Positions 8,091-11,721 of a DNA stretch of 11,721 nt are shown in pieces. A program made the position numbers and the translations under genes. This stretch comes from Fidelibacterota bacterium. GTDB lineage: Bacteria; Fidelibacterota; Marinisomatia; Marinisomatales; S15-B10. Position 1 is the stretch's first letter, and the number at the start of each line of letters is the position of its first letter. Below the pieces are notes generated by a model that had not been told where the DNA came from, made no database searches, and saw only the letters and a program-made list of their open reading frames with translations. The stretch covers positions 11,428 to 23,148 of the forward strand of contig PBTS01000044.1 of assembly GCA_002729175.1 (NCBI GenBank), in the 5' to 3' direction.

Positions 8091-10388
8091 GTGCCGGCAG
8101 TACTTTTGTTCGCCGGCGGTATTCTTTTTCAGCAACTTTTCAATCTTCCGTTCACGGTTACCGGTATCGGGCTGATTGTTTCCACTGTTCTACTTTGGAC
8201 ATCAAAGCGGGAGGTATTTACTAGAGTACTCGTGGTTGCACTCCTTATGGGTGGCATGGCGCGGATCGGTTTTTCCGGGCTAATCCAAGGCGAGAAAGCA
8301 GCTGTATTCGGGACACTTCATAATGAGCGGGTGGAATTGATTGGTGAAGTGGCAGAGGTGCGAATTTTTGAACAATCTGTCAGGATACTTCTTTCGATCC
8401 GTAACGGTGCGATCCACGTTTATTTCGACAATCATCCAGGCTTTTCGGTAGGTGATAAGGTGACCCTTTCAGGACAGTTTCAGGAACTGAAAAGGCCACG
8501 CAACCCCGGCGTATTCGATTATAGAAGCTACTATCATCGCCGAGATATTTGGGGAAGCCTGTACGATCCGGAAGTTACCAAGTTCGAGGCTAGTTCCAGT
8601 TGGAACATGAATATCTTCTTTTCCAGGTCCCGTGAAGTGGTGAGTGATCTTTTTCGCGACATAATCGGGGGCAACGCCGGTGCGCTAATGTCCGCCCTCA
8701 TCGTTGGGTTGCGAGAAGAAATTCCTAATGTAATCCGTCAGGATTTCGCTGATACCGGTGTTATCCATGTACTTGCCGTCTCTGGTCTTCATGTTGGGTA
8801 CGTTCTCATCATTATTCTGGCGCTGGTAAAAATTGTACGCCTACCATATCGATGGCAGAAGTGGGCGGTTATTTTCTGTCTCGTTCTTTACGCTCTGTTG
8901 ACCGGTGGGAAGCCTAGCGTCTGGCGGGCCACACTCATGGCATCATTCTATTTGCTGGCCAAAATTGTCCAGCGGGATGGGAACCTGTGGAATATTATTG
9001 CTTGCACCGCTTTAGTTCTGCTCATTATCAATCCATATTACATCTTTGATCTCGGTTTTCAACTTTCTTTTGCCGCTGTTATTTCCATTGTTTTTTTCTA
9101 CGGTTATCTCGAACAATCATTGCCCCAACGTTTTAGGCCTTCTCTTATTGAAAACGACCTATTGAAAGGGGTCTCCGGACTGCTTCTTGTCTCTTTGTCC
9201 GCACAGGTCGGTACCTTACCGTTTATCTGGGGTTTCTTCGGGAGAATCCCCATTATGGGCATATTCGCCAATGTTTTGATAGTTCCATTGGTAGGTGTGG
9301 TTGTCTCAATCGGTTTTGCACTCCTCTTTTTTGGATGGGTTCCGGTAGTGGGGGTGGCATTTGGTCAGGCGGCCTGGTTCATAAGCAAAATCATATTTCT
9401 CATTGCCAATCTTTTTGCCAAGATACCATTTTCATCTATTGAATTAGGCACTCCTGAGCCAATTCAACTACTTCAATACGGCGCTGTTGTGATCACTGTT
9501 GTCATGCTCATGCGGAAAAAGCTTTGGCATAAAGCGGCTCTGGCGGGAATGGTTGCTACTAATCTTTTCGTCTGGTCCTGGGCGCTTGAGAGAAAGGTTG
9601 TGGATATCATCTTTATGGATGTAGGTCAGGGCGACGGAGCTGTGGTTCGGATATCTACCGACGAAGGTACAAGGACTATATTAATTGATGCCGGTCCCCT
9701 TGCATTTAAAAAAGACGCTGGGGAGAAAGTGGTAGTGCCGGTATTGAAGCATCTCGGCACCCGCAAGATAGACCTCCTTATTATGTCCCACCCCCATGCA
9801 GATCACATTGGCGGAGCGTCCGCTGTCATGGACGCTTTTTCCGTGAATGAAGTTTGGGACACTTTCACCAGTTATGAATCTTCGCTTTATGGAAGGATTG
9901 TTTCTCAAATTGATGAAAGAGGCATCACTTATCGACGTTCGGGTGCCGGGTTTTCCATCAATCATTTCTCACCTGTCCATTTTACAGTTCTTCACCCCGA
10001 TTCCGCATGGGCAATGACTAAGAGAAATGTGAATAACGCCAGTGTTGTGGTGAAGATGACTTATGGCGAAACCTCCTTTCTGTTTGTTGGCGACCTTGAG
10101 CGGGAGGGAGACAAGGAGATCCTCGCTTACAGCCATATGCTGGATGTGGACGTGTTGAAGGTAGGTCACCACGGTTCCATTACCAGTTCAACCCAACCGT
10201 TAATTGAGGCTGTTACACCTAATATTGCTGTTGTTTCTGTGGGAGAGAAGAATAAGTTCAAGCACCCATCGTCAGAAGTGATTGATCGACTAAAAAGGTC
10301 GGATGCGAAGATTCTACGAACCGACGTTGAGGGGGCAATTTGGTTGAAAACAAACGGCCGGCACATTTGGCGCCACAGTTGGAGGTAA
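8091..10388 (+). CDS. comEC: DNA internalization competence protein ComEC/Rec2 (OB/DUF4131 domain, Competence membrane domain, metallo-beta-lactamase domain)
   Basis: Motifs PRNPGVFDYRSYY, TGVIHVLAVSGLHVG, PSVWRATLM, DLGFQLSFAAV, FMDVGQGD, LIDAG, MSHPHADHIGG, LFVGDLE, LKVGHHGS, FKHPS and RTDVEGAI, with many hydrophobic segments. The start codon is uncertain because the frame is open a few codons further upstream. Confidence 0.96.
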   Translation: MPAVLLFAGGILFQQLFNLPFTVTGIGLIVSTVLLWTSKREVFTRVLVVALLMGGMARIGFSGLIQGEKAAVFGTLHNERVELIGEVAEVRIFEQSVRILLSIRNGAIHVYFDNHPGFSVGDKVTLSGQFQELKRPRNPGVFDYRSYYHRRDIWGSLYDPEVTKFEASSSWNMNIFFSRSREVVSDLFRDIIGGNAGALMSALIVGLREEIPNVIRQDFADTGVIHVLAVSGLHVGYVLIIILALVKIVRLPYRWQKWAVIFCLVLYALLTGGKPSVWRATLMASFYLLAKIVQRDGNLWNIIACTALVLLIINPYYIFDLGFQLSFAAVISIVFFYGYLEQSLPQRFRPSLIENDLLKGVSGLLLVSLSAQVGTLPFIWGFFGRIPIMGIFANVLIVPLVGVVVSIGFALLFFGWVPVVGVAFGQAAWFISKIIFLIANLFAKIPFSSIELGTPEPIQLLQYGAVVITVVMLMRKKLWHKAALAGMVATNLFVWSWALERKVVDIIFMDVGQGDGAVVRISTDEGTRTILIDAGPLAFKKDAGEKVVVPVLKHLGTRKIDLLIMSHPHADHIGGASAVMDAFSVNEVWDTFTSYESSLYGRIVSQIDERGITYRRSGAGFSINHFSPVHFTVLHPDSAWAMTKRNVNNASVVVKMTYGETSFLFVGDLEREGDKEILAYSHMLDVDVLKVGHHGSITSSTQPLIEAVTPNIAVVSVGEKNKFKHPSSEVIDRLKRSDAKILRTDVEGAIWLKTNGRHIWRHSWR

Positions 10389-10402
10389 TTGGATGGAAAA
10401 AT

Positions 10403-10450
10403 GGGTGATGTTTCCCTTCTAGTCCCTTAGGGTGATATCATCCTTTATTA
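10403..10450 (+). terminator. Putative intrinsic terminator-like hairpin after comEC
   Basis: GGGTGATGTTTCCCT (10403-10417) pairs with AGGGTGATATCATCC (10429-10443): 14 of 15 positions pair, including 3 G-U, around an 11-nt loop. It is followed by TTTATTATGTT and lies 14 nt after the comEC stop. The U-tract is imperfect. Confidence 0.55.
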
Positions 10451-10558
10451 TGTTATGGTGAGCCTTTCCAACCGTCCCAACGCAATAATGATGGATCAGC
10501 AAAAAGTATGAATATTATATTGTTACTCACACCTCCTCGCATATAAACTTCTTCAACG

Positions 10559-11721
10559 ATGAGGTCTTTCATTTCACCTGTTATATTATTTTGTGTGCTT
10601 TCATTGCTAAGGGCCGATGATAAGACCTACCATCTGGATCATGTGTCTAGAGTTGAATTTCCTGCAAAGATCTGGAGTGTTGGCGATACCTCCGGTGTTT
10701 CTGATTGCTGGGGCTATGTGGATAAAGAAGGAAATGACTATGCCATCGTAGGCGTTCTGGACGGCACTGCCATTGTAAGGGTTGAAGATAAAAAAATAAT
10801 TACTACAATTCCTGGTCCTGAATATGGTGATATGTATTATCATCGAGACATGATGACATACGGCGATTATCTATACGTATGTCATGAAATGACAGGAACA
10901 AATCAGGGAGTGAATATCATTGATTTGAGTCCGCTACCAGATTCAGTCCGCTATGTCACATCGTATGACGAAGTTGACTATGCCGGTGCTTACGCAACCA
11001 CATCTCACAACCTTTTTGTTGATAAAGCGACCGCAACCCTCTATCTGGTGGGAGCAAACTATAGAGGGTTTCGGGTTGTGTCTTTGGAAGATCCTGAAAA
11101 CCTTAAGGAGATAGGTTTTGCTATAACACCAGGTATTCACGATCTTTTTTCCAGGAAAGATACTGTTTTTGTTGCTGAAGGATATAACAGATCATTCTCA
11201 ATTTGGGATGCAACTGACAAGGAAAACTCCCCCAAATTATTAGAGAGGGTTAACGTTCCTGGCGGCGGATATGTACACACAGTTTGGACAACTGAAGACG
11301 GACGGTACCTTATGACGGCTGAAGAGACGGCTAATAAAACTGTTAAGATGTGGGATATCAGAGATTATAATGATATTGAATTAGTAGGTGAGTATCTTGG
11401 TGCGAGCAAGCTGGCGCACAATATCCACATTAAAGATGATCTTGCTTTTATTTCTCATTATGCTACAGGTATAACAGTAGTAGATATCTCTGATCCTACT
11501 GATCTCCGGGAAATCGCGAGATACGACACTTTTATAGCACATGACCGTTCAAGCTATTACGGCGCATGGGGTGTTTATCCTTATTCACCAAATAACTATG
11601 TTTATGCCAGTAATGTTGAAGGTCATCTTGATATACTAAAATTCAGGGAAGAGTCTAATACTTTATCTGAAGAAACTTTTTTGCCGTCGAAAGTGTCAAT
11701 TAGTCAGAATTATCCTAATCC
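10559..11721 (+). CDS. Secreted choice-of-anchor B (LVIVD-repeat beta-propeller) protein with the start of a T9SS type-A-like C-terminal sorting domain; 3'-truncated by the window edge
   Basis: Hand translation, open to the window end: MRSFISPVILFCVLSLLRA|DDK (signal peptide)...SDCWGYVDKEGNDYAIVG...YHRDMMTYGDYLYVCHE...GVNIIDLSPLP...SHNLFVD...IHDLF...YVHTVWTTEDGRYLMTAEE...AHNIHIKDDLAFISHYATGITVVDISDP...YDTF...YYGAWGVYPY...LPSKVSISQNYPNP. An in-frame TAA at 10544 bounds the start. Absent from the ORF track because no stop falls in the window. Confidence 0.9.
   Translation, partial: MRSFISPVILFCVLSLLRADDKTYHLDHVSRVEFPAKIWSVGDTSGVSDCWGYVDKEGNDYAIVGVLDGTAIVRVEDKKIITTIPGPEYGDMYYHRDMMTYGDYLYVCHEMTGTNQGVNIIDLSPLPDSVRYVTSYDEVDYAGAYATTSHNLFVDKATATLYLVGANYRGFRVVSLEDPENLKEIGFAITPGIHDLFSRKDTVFVAEGYNRSFSIWDATDKENSPKLLERVNVPGGGYVHTVWTTEDGRYLMTAEETANKTVKMWDIRDYNDIELVGEYLGASKLAHNIHIKDDLAFISHYATGITVVDISDPTDLREIARYDTFIAHDRSSYYGAWGVYPYSPNNYVYASNVEGHLDILKFREESNTLSEETFLPSKVSISQNYPN

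Noticed and set aside
10453..10538. Strong SD-like AGGAGGTG on the minus strand followed by a roughly 25-codon GTG ORF
   Set aside because: The GTG abuts the SD with essentially no spacer, and the peptide has no recognisable features.
447..11140. Numerous 60-133 aa minus-strand and alternate-frame ORFs in the track (e.g. 1370-1762, 3682-4011, 4252-4653, 6062-6367, 10607-10843, 10943-11140)
   Set aside because: All lie within or across well-supported + strand genes and show no recognisable motifs, so they are treated as shadow ORFs.
1..11721. CRISPR arrays, tRNA/rRNA genes, IS elements, integrases, frameshifted pseudogenes or recoded stop codons
   Set aside because: I saw no spaced repeats, cloverleaf structures, terminal inverted repeats or transposase motifs. 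All genes read through intact under the standard code, and spacers are short (longest 170 nt).

Overview
A bacterial chromosomal window of mostly housekeeping genes, all on the + strand and tightly packed. In order: 5'-truncated uvrB, galE, a sigma54-dependent activator (AAA+ and Fis-type HTH only, no sensory domain), an LptE-like lipoprotein, asnS, a TIGR00725/SLOG (LOG-like) protein, acylphosphatase, glutamine-dependent NAD+ synthetase, a small secreted hypothetical protein and a full three-domain ComEC/Rec2. A terminator-like hairpin follows, then a 3'-truncated gene missing from the supplied ORF track (10559 to the window end) encoding a secreted choice-of-anchor B/LVIVD beta-propeller that runs into a T9SS type-A-like C-terminal signal (QNYPNP). 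The activator-lptE pairing and the QNYPNP tail point to the FCB superphylum, plausibly Marinimicrobia-like (inference only). I see no RNA genes, CRISPR array, mobile element or defence system, and no clearly novel multi-gene system. The most unusual details are an acidic Ca-binding-like loop inside LptE, one His per blade in the propeller, a 12-codon uORF with a start-codon-occluding hairpin before the propeller gene, and the uncharacterised secreted protein adjacent to comEC.
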